From: the human T2T-CHM13v2.0 reference genome, Homo sapiens
DNA: 64,000 bases
NCBI RefSeq assembly: GCF_009914755.1
Contig: NC_060940.1
Reading direction: 5' to 3' (one strand)
The translations under genes and the position numbers were made by a program. The notes under the pieces are model-generated. The model had not been told where the DNA came from. It searched no databases and saw only the letters and a list, made by a program, of their open reading frames with translations. Shown piece after piece: positions 41,301-56,700 of this stretch (the first letter of the stretch is position 1; each line of letters begins with the position of its first letter).

Positions 41301-42520
41301 CATTCAATTCCATTCGATGATGATTCCGTATGAATCCATTCTCTGATTATTCCATTCGATTCCATTCATTGACGATTCCATTCAATTCCATTCAATGATG
41401 ATTCTCTTCTATTCCATTCGATGATTCCGGTCGATTCCATTCGATGATGATTCCATTAGATTCCATTCGATTGTTGCATTCGATTCCCTTCGATGATGAT
41501 TCCTTTGAATTCCATTCGATTATCATTCCGTATGAATCCATTTGATGATTATTCCATTGGATTCCTTTCGATGATGATTCCATTCGATTCCATTTGATGA
41601 TGTTTCTCTTGTATTCCATTGGATAATTCCTTTCAGTTCCCTTCGATGATTATTCTTTCGAGTCAATTCGATGATTCTATTCCATTCCCTTCGATGATGA
41701 TTCCATTTCACTCCATTTGATGATTCCATTCGACTCAATTTGGGGATGATTCAATTCGATGACATTCGATGACTCCATTCAATTTCATTTGATGATGATT
41801 ACATTCGAGTCCATTTGATGATTGTATTCCTTTCCTTTTGATGATTATTCCATGCGTGTCTATTCAAAGGTTCCATTCTATTCCATTCAATGATGATTGC
41901 ATTTGATTCCATTCAATGATTATGGCTATCGATTCCACTCGTTGATTCCATTTGATTCCGTTCGATGATTATTCCGTTAGATTCCATTAGAAGATTCCAT
42001 TCGATTTTATTCAATGATTCCAATGGATTCCATTCAATGATGATTCCATTCGACTCCATTCAGTGATTCCATTCGAGTCCATTTGATGATTCCATTCTTT
42101 TCCATTTGATGATGATTCCATTAGGGTCCATTCAATGATTCCATTCGAGTCCATTCGTTAATGCCTTTCGAGTCCTTTTGATCACTACATTCGAGTCCAT
42201 TCAATGATTCTATTCGATTCCATTCCATGATGATTCCATTCGAGTTCATTCGATGATTGCATTCGAGTCCATTTGATGATTCCATATGATTCCATTCGAC
42301 AATGATTCCATTCGTGTCCATTTGATGATTCCATTCATTTCCTATCGATGAAGATTCCATTCAAGTGTATTCGATGATTCCATTCAAATCCATTCGATGA
42401 TGATTCCATTCCAGTCCATTCGATCATTCCACTTGATTCCATTTGATGACTATTCCATTCAAATCCATTTGATGATTCCATTCGATTCCATTCGATGTTA
42501 CCATTCGAGTATATACGATG
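38391..42520 (+). repeat. HSat2 macro-unit type A, copy 3 (duplicate of copy 2)
   Basis: ORF translations identical to 16132-20261 at offset 22259. Shares the private allele 'cattggggtccaattag'. Confidence 0.9.
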
Positions 42521-45500
42521 ATTCCACTCGATTCCATTTGATGATTATTCCATTGGAGTCCACTTAGTGAATCCTTTAGATTCTACTGGAAGATGATTCC
42601 ATTCGAGTCCATTCGATGATACCATTCAATTCCATTCGTTGATGCTTCCATTCAAGTGCATTCGATGATATCATTCGATTCCATTTGATGATAATTCCAT
42701 TTGATTCCATGCGATGATTCTATTCGATTCCATTCAATGATAATTCCATTCAATTCAGTGATTCCTCTGGACTCCATTTGATGATGATTCCATTCAATGA
42801 TTCCATTCGATTCTATTCGAAAATGATTCCATTTGAATCCATTTGATGATGATTCCATTGGATTCCATTTGATGATTCCATTCGATTCCATTCGATGATG
42901 ATTCCATTCGATTCCTTTTGATGAATCCATTCTATTGTATTCGATGATGATTCCATTCGATTCCATTCGATGATGATTGGATTCGATTCCATTTGATGAT
43001 TTCATTTGATTCCATTCGATAAGGATTTCGATCAACTCCATTCAATGATTCCATTCGATTCCATTCGATAATGATTACATCTGAGCACATTCGATGATTC
43101 CATTTGAGCCCGTTCGATAATTCCATTTGAGTCCAATCAATGATTCCATTCATTTTCATTCAATGATTCCATTCGAGTCCATTTGATCATTCCGGTAGGG
43201 TCCGTTCGATGTTGATTCCATTGGAGTGCATTCGATGATTCCATTCGAGTCCATTTTAGGATTTGATTCGAGTCCTTTCGATGATTCCATTCGATTCCAC
43301 TCGATGATTTCATTCGAGTCCATTCGACACTTCCAATCGATTCCATTTGATGTTTCCATTCGATTCCAATTGATGATTCCATTCAATTCCATTCGATGAT
43401 GATTCCGTACGATTCCATTCTGTGATGATTCCATGTGATTGCATTCAATGATGATTCCTTTCGATTGCATTCGATTATGATTCATTTCGTGTTCATTCTA
43501 TGGTTCCACAGGTTTCCATTCGATGATGTTTCCATTCGTGTCCATTCCATTATTCCATTCTATTCCATTTGAAGATGATTCCATTCGATTCCATTCATTG
43601 GTGATTCCACTCAATTCCATTCAATGATTCCATTCCATTTCTTTCAACAATGATTCCATTAGTTTCTATTCGATGATCCACTTGATTCCATTTGACGATG
43701 ATTCCATTCGTGTCCATTCGATGATTCCATTTGATTCCATATGATGATGATTCCATTCGATTCCATACGATGATGATTCCATTCGAGTCCATTCAATGGT
43801 GATTCCATTCAATTCCATTCGATGATTCCTTTCGATTCCATTCAATGATGATGGCATTCGATTCCTTTCGATCATTCCCTTTGATTCCATTCAAAGGTGA
43901 TTTCATTCAAGTCCATTCGATAATTGCATTCGATTCCATTCTATGATGATTCCATTCGAGTCCATTTGATGATTCCATTCAATTCAAGTCAATGATGATT
44001 CCATTCGATTCCACTCGATGATTCCATTGGATTCCATTCGATGATGATTCCATTAAAATCCATTCGATAATTCAATTCAAGTCCATTCGATGATGATTCC
44101 AATCGAATCCATTCAAAGATTCCACTCAATTCCATTCTATGATGATTCCCTTAGATTCCATTCGATGATTCCACTTGATTCCATTTACGATGATTCCATT
44201 CGATTCCATGTGATGATTCCATTCAATTCTATTCAATGATGTTTCCACTTGATTCCATTCGAACATGATTGCCTTTGATTCCATTCAATGATTCCATACG
44301 GTTCCATTTGATGATGATTCCATTCGAGTGCATTAGATGATTCCATTCGAGTCCATTCGATGATTCCATTCGATTCCATTCGATGTTGATTCTGTTCAAA
44401 TCCATTCGATGATTCCACTCGATTCCATTCGATGACTCCATTTGATCCCATTCGATGATTTCCTTTGATTCCCTTTGATGATCATTCCATTTGATTCAAT
44501 TCGGTGATTTCATTTGATTCCATTCAGTGATGTTTCCATTCAACTCCTTTCGATGATGATTCCATTCGACTCCATTCGATTATGATTTCATTCAATTCCA
44601 TTCGATAATGATTCCCTTCAAGTCCATTCGATGATTCCATTCGATTCCATTCAACGATGATTTGATTCGTGTCCATTCGATGATTCCATTTGATTCCATT
44701 TGATGATGATTCCATTCGAGTCCCTTTGATGATTCCATTCAATTCCATTCTCCGATGATTTCTTTTGAGCCCATTCAATGCTTCCACTCGATTCCATATG
44801 ATGATGACTCCATTTGATGAAATTCCATGATGATTCCATTCGCTTGCATTCGATGATGATTCCACTTGAGTCCGTTAGAAGATTCTATTCAATTACATTC
44901 CATGACGATTCTGTTCGAGTCCATTTGATGATTCCATTAGACTCCATTCGACGATGATTCCATTCGATGTTATTCGATGATGATTCCATTCAACTCCATT
45001 CGATGTTTCCATTCGAGTTCATTCTATTATTCCATTAGATTCCATTCGATGATGATTCCATTCGATTCCATTTGATGATTGCATTCTATTTCATTTGATG
45101 ATGATTCCATTCGAGTCCATTCGATGATTCCATTCGAGTCCATTTAATGAATCCATTGGTTTCAATTCTATGATGATTACATTGGATTCCATTCGTTGAT
45201 GATTTCATTCGATTCCATTCAATGATGATTCCATTCAATTCCATTCAATGATTCCATTCAATTCCATACGATGATGATTCCATTTGATTTGATTCGACAG
45301 TGAGCCATTCGATTCAATTCCATGATGATTCTATTTGATTCAATTGGTTGACATTTCCATTCGATTCCATTCGATGATGATTCCATTTGATTCCATTCAA
45401 AGATGATTCCATTCTAGCCCATTCAATCATTCCATTCGATTCTATTCAATGATGATTCCATTCATGTCGATTTGGTGATTCCATTTGACTTCATTTGATG

Positions 45501-47723
45501 ATGATTCCTTTCAAGTTCATTAGATGATTCCATTCGATTCCATTTGATGATGATCCCATTCGAGTCCATTCAGTGATTCCACTCGTTTCCATTCCATGAT
45601 GATTCCATTCCATTCCATTCAATGATTCCATTCGATTCCGTTTGATGATGATTTCATTCGAGTCCATTTGATGATTCCATTTGATTCCATTCGATGATGA
45701 TTACATTCGAGTCCATACGATGATTCCACTCAATTCCATATGATGATGATTCCATTCGATTCCATTCGATGATTCCATTCTATTCTATTCAATGGCGATT
45801 CCATTCGAGTACATTAGGTGATTCCATTCGATTCCATTCAATGATGATTCTATTTGTGTCCCTTAGATGGTTCCACATGATTCCATTTCATGATGATACT
45901 ATTTGAGCCCATCCAATGATTCCCTTCGATTCCATTCGATGAGGATTCCATTCGATTCAATTCATTGGTGATTCTATTCAATTCAATTCTTTGATTCAAT
46001 TCCATTCCATTCGACAATGATTCCATTCGATTTCTTTCGATGATTCCACTCGATTCCACTTGACATTGATTCCATTCGATTCCATTCAATGATTCCGTTT
46101 GATTCCAGTGGATGATGATTGCCATCGATTCCATTCGATCACTCCATTCTATTCCATTTGATGATGATTACATTCGATTCCATTTGATGATTCCATCTGA
46201 TTCTATTCGAGGATTCCATTTGATTCCATTCGATGATGATTCCATTCGAGTGCATTCGATGATTTCATTCGAGTACATCCAATGATTCCATTCGAGTCCA
46301 TTTGATGATTCCATTTAATTCCATTTGATTATGATTCTACTAGAGTCCATTCAATGACTCCATTCGAATCCATTCAACAATTCCATTCGAGGCCATTCGA
46401 TGATTCCATTTCATGATTCCATTCGAGTCCATTTAATCATTACAGTCGAGTCCATTTGGTGATTCCTTTCAATTCCATTCTATGATGATTCCATTCGAGT
46501 CCATTCGATGATTCCATTCGATTGCATTCGATGATTCCATTATATTCCATTCAACAATGATTCCATTCGAGTCCATTCGATGATTCCATTAGAGTACATT
46601 TAATGATTGCTTTGTTTTCAATTCGAAGATGATTACATTGGATTCCATTCTATGATACCATTCGATTCCATTCAATGATGATTCCACTCAAATCCATTGG
46701 ATGATTCCATTCGTGTCCATTCGGTGATTTCATTAGATTCCATTCGAGGATGATTCCATTCGATTCCATTCGATGATTCCATTCAATTCCATTCGATGAT
46801 GATTCCATTCCAGTCCATATGATCATTCCATTTGATTTCATTCGATGATGATTCCATTCGATTCCATTCGATGATTCCATTCTATTCCATTCGATGATGA
46901 TTCCATTCGAGTCCATTCGATGATTCCATTCGAGTCCATTTAATGATTCCATTGGGTTCAATTCAATGATGATTACATTGGATTCCGTTCTATGATTCCA
47001 TTCAATTCCGTTCATTGACAATTTGATTCCATTCGATGATGATTCCATTTGAGTTCATTCGATGATTCTATTTGATTCTCTTCGATGGTGATTCAATTCT
47101 ATTATATTGGATGATTCCATTCGATTCCATTTGATGTTGATTCAATTCGATTCTATTCGATGATGATTCCATTGGATTTCACTTGATGATTCTATTCGAT
47201 TCCATTCAATGATGATTCACTTCTCGTCCATTGGATGATTCCATTTCATTCCATTCGACGATGATTCCATTCGATTCCATTCGATGATTCCATTTGATTC
47301 CATGCGTCGGTGAGCAATTCGATTCAATTCCATGATGATTCTATTTGATTCAATTAGATGATGTTTCCATTCGAATCCATTCCATGATTATTCCATTGGA
47401 ATCCATTCGGCGATGATTCCATATGAGTCAATTCAATGATGATTCCATATGGGTCCGTTCGATGATAATTCCATTTGATTTCATTCGGTGCTTCTATTCA
47501 ATTCCAGTCGATGATGATTCCGTTGGAGTCCATACGATGATTCCATTTGATTTCATTTGATGATGATTCCATTCGATGATGATTACATTGGATTCCATTC
47601 TATGATTCCATTCAATTCCATTCGTTGATGATTCGATTCCATTCAATGATGATTCCATTTGAGTTCATTCGATGATTCTATTCGATTCCGTTCGATGGTG
47701 ATTCAATTCTCTTATATTGGATG
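42521..47723 (+). repeat. HSat2 macro-unit type B', copy 2 (5,203 bp)
   Basis: ORFs identical to 20262-25464 at offset 22259. Same 650-bp deletion junction at ~46460. Confidence 0.9.
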
Positions 47724-50700
47724 AATCCACTCGATTCCATTTGATGATTATTCCATTGGAGTCCACTTAGTGAATCCTTCAGATTCTACTCGAAGATGAT
47801 TCCATTCCAGTCCATTCGATGATACCATTCAATTCCATTCGTTGATGCTTCCATTCAAGTGCATTCGATGATATCATTCGATTCCATTTGATGATAATTC
47901 CATTTGATTCCATGCGATGATTCTATTCGATTCCATTCAATGATAATTCCATTCAGTTCAGTGATTCCTCTGGACTCCATTTGATGATGATTCCATTCAA
48001 TGATTCCATTCGATTCTATTCGAAAATGATTCCATTTGAATCCATTTGATGATGATTCCATTAGATTCCATTTGATGATTCCATTCGATTCCATGCGACG
48101 ATGATTCCATTCGATTCCATTTGATGATTCCATTCTATTCTATTCGATGATGATTCCATTCGATTCCATTCGATGATGATTGGATTTGATTCCATTTGAT
48201 GATTTCATTTGATTCCATTCGTTAATGATTTCGATCAATTCCATTCGATGATTCCATTCGATTCCATTCGATAATGATTACATCCGTGTCCATTCAATGA
48301 TTCCATTTGAGCCTGTTCGATAATTCCATTTGATTCCAACCAATGATTCCATTCATTTCCATTCAATGATTCCATTCGAGTCCATTTGATCATTCCGGTA
48401 GGGTCCATTCGATGTTGATTCCATTGGAGTGCATTCGATGATTCCATTCGAGTCCATTTTAGGATTTGATTCGAGTCCTTTCGATGATTCCATTCGATTC
48501 CACTCGATGATGATTTCATTCGAGTCCATTCGACACTTCCAATCGATTCCATTTGATGTTTCCATTCGATTCCAATTGATGATTCCATTCAATTCCATTC
48601 GATGATGATTCCGTACGATTCCATTCTGTGATGATTCCATGTGATTGCATTCAATGATGATTCCTTTCGATTGCATTCGATTATGATTCATTTCGTGTTC
48701 ATTCTATGGTTCCACAGGTTTCCATTCGATGATGTTTCCACTCGTGTCCATTCCATTATTCCTTTCTATTCCATTTGAAGATGATTCCATTCGATTCCAT
48801 TCATTGGTGATTCCACTCAATTCCATTCAATGATTCCATTCCATTTCTTTCAACAATGATTCCATTAGTTTCTATTCGATGATCCACTTGATTCCATTTG
48901 ACGATGATTCCATTCGTGTCCATTCGATGATTCCATTTGATTCCATATGATGATGATTCCATTCGATTCCATACGATGATGATTCCATTCGAGTCCATTC
49001 AATGGTGATTCCATTCAATTCCATTCGATGATTCCTTTCGATTCCATTCAATGATGATGGCATTCGATTCCTTTCGATCATTCCCTTTGATTCCATTCAA
49101 AGGTGATTTCATTCAAGTCCATTCGATAATTGCATTCGATTCCATTCTATGATGATTCCATTCGAGTCCATTCGATGATTCCATTCGAGTCCATTTAATG
49201 ATTCCATTGGGTTCAATTCAATGATGATTACATTGGATTCCGTTCTATGATTCCATTCAATTCCGTTCATTGACAATTTGATTCCATTCGATGATGATTC
49301 CATTTGAGTTCATTCGATGATTCTATTTGATTCTCTTCGATGGTGATTCAATTCTATTATATTGGATGATTCCATTCGATTCCATTTGATGTTGATTCAA
49401 TTCGATTCTATTCGATGATGATTCCATTGGATTTCACTTGATGATTCTATTCGATTCCATTCAATGATGATTCACTTCTCGTCCATTGGATGATTCCATT
49501 TCATTCCATTCGACGATGATTCCATTCGATTCCATTCGATGATTCCATTTGATTCCATGCGTCGGTGAGCAATTCGATTCAATTCCATGATGATTCTATT
49601 TGATTCAATTAGATGATGTTTCCATTCGAATCCATTCCATGATTATTCCATTGGAATCCATTCGGCGATGATTCCATATGAGTCAATTCAATGATGATTC
49701 CATATGGGTCCGTTCGATGATAATTCCATTTGATTTCATTCGGTGCTTCTATTCAATTCCAGTCGATGATGATTCCGTTGGAGTCCATACGATGATTCCA
49801 TTTGATTTCATTTGATGATGATTCCATTCGATGATGATTACATTGGATTCCATTCTATGATTCCATTCAATTCCATTCGTTGATGATTCGATTCCATTCA
49901 ATGATGATTCCATTTGAGTTCATTCGATGATTCTATTCGATTCCGTTCGATGGTGATTCAATTCTCTTATATTGGATGAATCCACTCGATTCCATTTGAT
50001 GATTATTCCATTGGAGTCCACTTAGTGAATCCTTCAGATTCTACTCGAAGATGATTCCATTCCAGTCCATTCGATGATACCATTCAATTCCATTCGTTGA
50101 TGCTTCCATTCAAGTGCATTCGATGATATCATTCGATTCCATTTGATGATAATTCCATTTGATTCCATGCGATGATTCTATTCGATTCCATTCAATGATA
50201 ATTCCATTCAGTTCAGTGATTCCTCTGGACTCCATTTGATGATGATTCCATTCAATGATTCCATTCGATTCTATTCGAAAATGATTCCATTTGAATCCAT
50301 TTGATGATGATTCCATTAGATTCCATTTGATGATTCCATTCGATTCCATGCGACGATGATTCCATTCGATTCCATTTGATGATTCCATTCTATTCTATTC
50401 GATGATGATTCCATTCGATTCCATTCGATGATGATTGGATTTGATTCCATTTGATGATTTCATTTGATTCCATTCGTTAATGATTTCGATCAATTCCATT
50501 CGATGATTCCATTCGATTCCATTCGATAATGATTACATCCGTGTCCATTCAATGATTCCATTTGAGCCTGTTCGATAATTCCATTTGATTCCAACCAATG
50601 ATTCCATTCATTTCCATTCAATGATTCCATTCGAGTCCATTTGATCATTCCGGTAGGGTCCATTCGATGTTGATTCCATTGGAGTGCATTCGATGATTCC

Positions 50701-53700
50701 ATTCGAGTCCATTTTAGGATTTGATTCGAGTCCTTTCGATGATTCCATTCGATTCCACTCGATGATGATTTCATTCGAGTCCATTCGACACTTCCAATCG
50801 ATTCCATTTGATGTTTCCATTCGATTCCAATTGATGATTCCATTCAATTCCATTCGATGATGATTCCGTACGATTCCATTCTGTGATGATTCCATGTGAT
50901 TGCATTCAATGATGATTCCTTTCGATTGCATTCGATTATGATTCATTTCGTGTTCATTCTATGGTTCCACAGGTTTCCATTCGATGATGTTTCCACTCGT
51001 GTCCATTCCATTATTCCTTTCTATTCCATTTGAAGATGATTCCATTCGATTCCATTCATTGGTGATTCCACTCAATTCCATTCAATGATTCCATTCCATT
51101 TCTTTCAACAATGATTCCATTAGTTTCTATTCGATGATCCACTTGATTCCATTTGACGATGATTCCATTCGTGTCCATTCGATGATTCCATTTGATTCCA
51201 TATGATGATGATTCCATTCGATTCCATACGATGATGATTCCATTCGAGTCCATTCAATGGTGATTCCATTCAATTCCATTCGATGATTCCTTTCGATTCC
51301 ATTCAATGATGATGGCATTCGATTCCTTTCGATCATTCCCTTTGATTCCATTCAAAGGTGATTTCATTCAAGTCCATTCGATAATTGCATTCGATTCCAT
51401 TCTATGATGATTCCATTCGAGTCCATTCGATGATTCCATTCGAGTCCATTTAATGATTCCATTGGGTTCAATTCAATGATGATTACATTGGATTCCGTTC
51501 TATGATTCCATTCAATTCCGTTCATTGACAATTTGATTCCATTCGATGATGATTCCATTTGAGTTCATTCGATGATTCTATTTGATTCTCTTCGATGGTG
51601 ATTCAATTCTATTATATTGGATGATTCCATTCGATTCCATTTGATGTTGATTCAATTCGATTCTATTCGATGATGATTCCATTGGATTTCACTTGATGAT
51701 TCTATTCGATTCCATTCAATGATGATTCACTTCTCGTCCATTGGATGATTCCATTTCATTCCATTCGACGATGATTCCATTCGATTCCATTCGATGATTC
51801 CATTTGATTCCATGCGTCGGTGAGCAATTCGATTCAATTCCATGATGATTCTATTTGATTCAATTAGATGATGTTTCCATTCGAATCCATTCCATGATTA
51901 TTCCATTGGAATCCATTCGGCGATGATTCCATATGAGTCAATTCAATGATGATTCCATATGGGTCCGTTCGATGATAATTCCATTTGATTTCATTCGGTG
52001 CTTCTATTCAATTCCAGTCGATGATGATTCCGTTGGAGTCCATACGATGATTCCATTTGATTTCATTTGATGATGATTCCATTCGATGATGATTACATTG
52101 GATTCCATTCTATGATTCCATTCAATTCCATTCGTTGATGATTCGATTCCATTCAATGATGATTCCATTTGAGTTCATTCGATGATTCTATTCGATTCCG
52201 TTCGATGGTGATTCAATTCTCTTATATTGGATGAATCCACTCGATTCCATTTGATGATTATTCCATTGGAGTCCACTTAGTGAATCCTTCAGATTCTACT
52301 CGAAGATGATTCCATTCCAGTCCATTCGATGATACCATTCAATTCCATTCGTTGATGCTTCCATTCAAGTGCATTCGATGATATCATTCGATTCCATTTG
52401 ATGATAATTCCATTTGATTCCATGCGATGATTCTATTCGATTCCATTCAATGATAATTCCATTCAGTTCAGTGATTCCTCTGGACTCCATTTGATGATGA
52501 TTCCATTCAATGATTCCATTCGATTCTATTCGAAAATGATTCCATTTGAATCCATTTGATGATGATTCCATTAGATTCCATTTGATGATTCCATTCGATT
52601 CCATGCGACGATGATTCCATTCGATTCCATTTGATGATTCCATTCTATTCTATTCGATGATGATTCCATTCGATTCCATTCGATGATGATTGGATTTGAT
52701 TCCATTTGATGATTTCATTTGATTCCATTCGTTAATGATTTCGATCAATTCCATTCGATGATTCCATTCGATTCCATTCGATAATGATTACATCCGTGTC
52801 CATTCAATGATTCCATTTGAGCCTGTTCGATAATTCCATTTGATTCCAACCAATGATTCCATTCATTTCCATTCAATGATTCCATTCGAGTCCATTTGAT
52901 CATTCCGGTAGGGTCCATTCGATGTTGATTCCATTGGAGTGCATTCGATGATTCCATTCGAGTCCATTTTAGGATTTGATTCGAGTCCTTTCGATGATTC
53001 CATTCGATTCCACTCGATGATGATTTCATTCGAGTCCATTCGACACTTCCAATCGATTCCATTTGATGTTTCCATTCGATTCCAATTGATGATTCCATTC
53101 AATTCCATTCGATGATGATTCCGTACGATTCCATTCTGTGATGATTCCATGTGATTGCATTCAATGATGATTCCTTTCGATTGCATTCGATTATGATTCA
53201 TTTCGTGTTCATTCTATGGTTCCACAGGTTTCCATTCGATGATGTTTCCATTCGTGTCCATTCCATTATTCCTTTCTATTCCATTTGAAGATGATTCCAT
53301 TCGATTCCATTCATTGGTGATTCCACTCAATTCCATTCAATGATTCCATTCCATTTCTTTCAACAATGATTCCATTAGTTTCTATTCGATGATCCACTTG
53401 ATTCCATTTGACGATGATTCCATTCGTGTCCATTCGATGATTCCATTTGATTCCATATGATGATGATTCCATTCGATTCCATACGATGATGATTCCATTC
53501 GAGTCCATTCAATGGTGATTCCATTCAATTCCATTCGATGATTCCTTTCGATTCCATTCAATGATGATGGCATTCGATTCCTTTCGATCATTCCCTTTGA
53601 TTCCATTCAAAGGTGATTTCATTCAAGTCCATTCGATAATTGCATTCGATTCCATTCTATGATGATTCCATTCGAGTCCATTCGATGATTCCATTCGAGT

Positions 53701-56700
53701 CCATTTAATGATTCCATTGGGTTCAATTCAATGATGATTACATTGGATTCCGTTCTATGATTCCATTCAATTCCGTTCATTGACAATTTGATTCCATTCG
53801 ATGATGATTCCATTTGAGTTCATTCGATGATTCTATTTGATTCTCTTCGATGGTGATTCAATTCTATTATATTGGATGATTCCATTCGATTCCATTTGAT
53901 GTTGATTCAATTCGATTCTATTCGATGATGATTCCATTGGATTTCACTTGATGATTCTATTCGATTCCATTCAATGATGATTCACTTCTCGTCCATTGGA
54001 TGATTCCATTTCATTCCATTCGATGATGATTCCATTCGATTCCATTCGATGATTCCATTTGATTCCATGCGTCGGTGAGCAATTCGATTCAATTCCATGA
54101 TGATTCTATTTGATTCAATTAGATGATGTTTCCATTCGAATCCATTCCATGATTATTCCATTGGAATCCATTCGGCGATGATTCCATATGAGTCAATTCA
54201 ATGATGATTCCATATGGGTCCGTTCGATGATAATTCCATTTGATTTCATTCGGTGCTTCTATTCAATTCCAGTCGATGATGATTCCGTTGGAGTCCATAC
54301 GATGATTCCATTTGATTTCATTTGATGATGATTCCATTCGATGATGATTACATTGGATTCCATTCTATGATTCCATTCAATTCCATTCGTTGATGATTCG
54401 ATTCCATTCAATGATGATTCCATTTGAGTTCATTCGATGATTCTATTCGATTCCGTTCGATGGTGATTCAATTCTCTTATATTGGATGAATCCACTCGAT
54501 TCCATTTGATGATTATTCCATTGGAGTCCACTTAGTGAATCCTTCAGATTCTACTCGAAGATGATTCCATTCCAGTCCATTCGATGATACCATTCAATTC
54601 CATTCGTTGATGCTTCCATTCAAGTGCATTCGATGATATCATTCGATTCCATTTGATGATAATTCCATTTGATTCCATGCGATGATTCTATTCGATTCCA
54701 TTCAATGATAATTCCATTCAGTTCAGTGATTCCTCTGGACTCCATTTGATGATGATTCCATTCAATGATTCCATTCGATTCTATTCGAAAATGATTCCAT
54801 TTGAATCCATTTGATGATGATTCCATTAGATTCCATTTGATGATTCCATTCGATTCCATGCGACGATGATTCCATTCGATTCCATTTGATGATTCCATTC
54901 TATTCTATTCGATGATGATTCCATTCGATTCCATTCGATGATGATTGGATTTGATTCCATTTGATGATTTCATTTGATTCCATTCGTTAATGATTTCGAT
55001 CAATTCCATTCGATGATTCCATTCGATTCCATTCGATAATGATTACATCCGTGTCCATTCAATGATTCCATTTGAGCCTGTTCGATAATTCCATTTGATT
55101 CCAACCAATGATTCCATTCATTTCCATTCAATGATTCCATTCGAGTCCATTTGATCATTCCGGTAGGGTCCATTCGATGTTGATTCCATTGGAGTGCATT
55201 CGATGATTCCATTCGAGTCCATTTTAGGATTTGATTCGAGTCCTTTCGATGATTCCATTCGATTCCACTCGATGATGATTTCATTCGAGTCCATTCGACA
55301 CTTCCAATCGATTCCATTTGATGTTTCCATTCGATTCCAATTGATGATTCCATTCAATTCCATTCGATGATGATTCCGTACGATTCCATTCTGTGATGAT
55401 TCCATGTGATTGCATTCAATGATGATTCCTTTCGATTGCATTCGATTATGATTCATTTCGTGTTCATTCTATGGTTCCACAGGTTTCCATTCGATGATGT
55501 TTCCATTCGTGTCCATTCCATTATTCCTTTCTATTCCATTTGAAGATGATTCCATTCGATTCCATTCATTGGTGATTCCACTCAATTCCATTCAATGATT
55601 CCATTCCATATCTTTCAACAATGATTCCATTAGTTTCTATTCGATGATCCACTTGATTCCATTTGACGATGATTCCATTCGTGTCCATTCGATGATTCCA
55701 TTTGATTCCATATGATGATGATTCCATTCGATTCCATACGATGATGATTCCATTCGAGTCCATTCAATGGTGATTCCATTCAATTCCATTCGATGATTCC
55801 TTTCGATTCCATTCAATGATGATGGCATTCGATTCCTTTCGATCATTCCCTTTGATTCCATTCAAAGGTGATTTCATTCAAGTCCATTCGATAATTGCAT
55901 TCGATTCCATTCTATGATGATTCCATTCGAGTCCATTCGATGATTCCATTCGAGTCCATTTAATGATTCCATTGGGTTCAATTCAATGATGATTACATTG
56001 GATTCCGTTCTATGATTCCATTCAATTCCGTTCATTGACAATTTGATTCCATTCGATGATGATTCCATTTGAGTTCATTCGATGATTCTATTTGATTCTC
56101 TTCGATGGTGATTCAATTCTATTATATTGGATGATTCCATTCGATTCCATTTGATGTTGATTCAATTCGATTCTATTCGATGATGATTCCATTGGATTTC
56201 ACTTGATGATTCTATTCGATTCCATTCAATGATGATTCACTTCTCGTCCATTGGATGATTCCATTTCATTCCATTCGATGATGATTCCATTCGATTCCAT
56301 TTGATGATTCCATTTGATTCCATGTGTCGGTGAGCAATTCGATTCAATTCCATGATGATTCTATTTGATTCAATTAGATGATGTTTCCATTCGAATCCAT
56401 TCCATGATTATTCCATTGGAATCCATTCGGCGATGATTCCATATGAGTCAATTCAATGATGATTCCATATGGGTCCGTTCGATGATAATTCCATTTGATT
56501 TCATTCGGTGCTTCTATTCAATTCCAGTCGATGATGATTCCGTTGGAGTCCATACGATGATTCCATTTGATTTCATTTGATGATGATTCCATTCGATGAT
56601 GATTACATTGGATTCCAGTCTATGATTCCATTCAATTCCATTCGTTGATGATTCGATTCCATTCAATGATGATTCCATTTGAGTTCATTCGATGATTCTA

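Larger units (their letters stand above)
33204..55462 (+). repeat. 22,259-bp tandem duplication, copy 2 (ends approximate)
   Basis: As for copy 1. The order of SNP alleles in the first three D units is also preserved. Confidence 0.9.
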
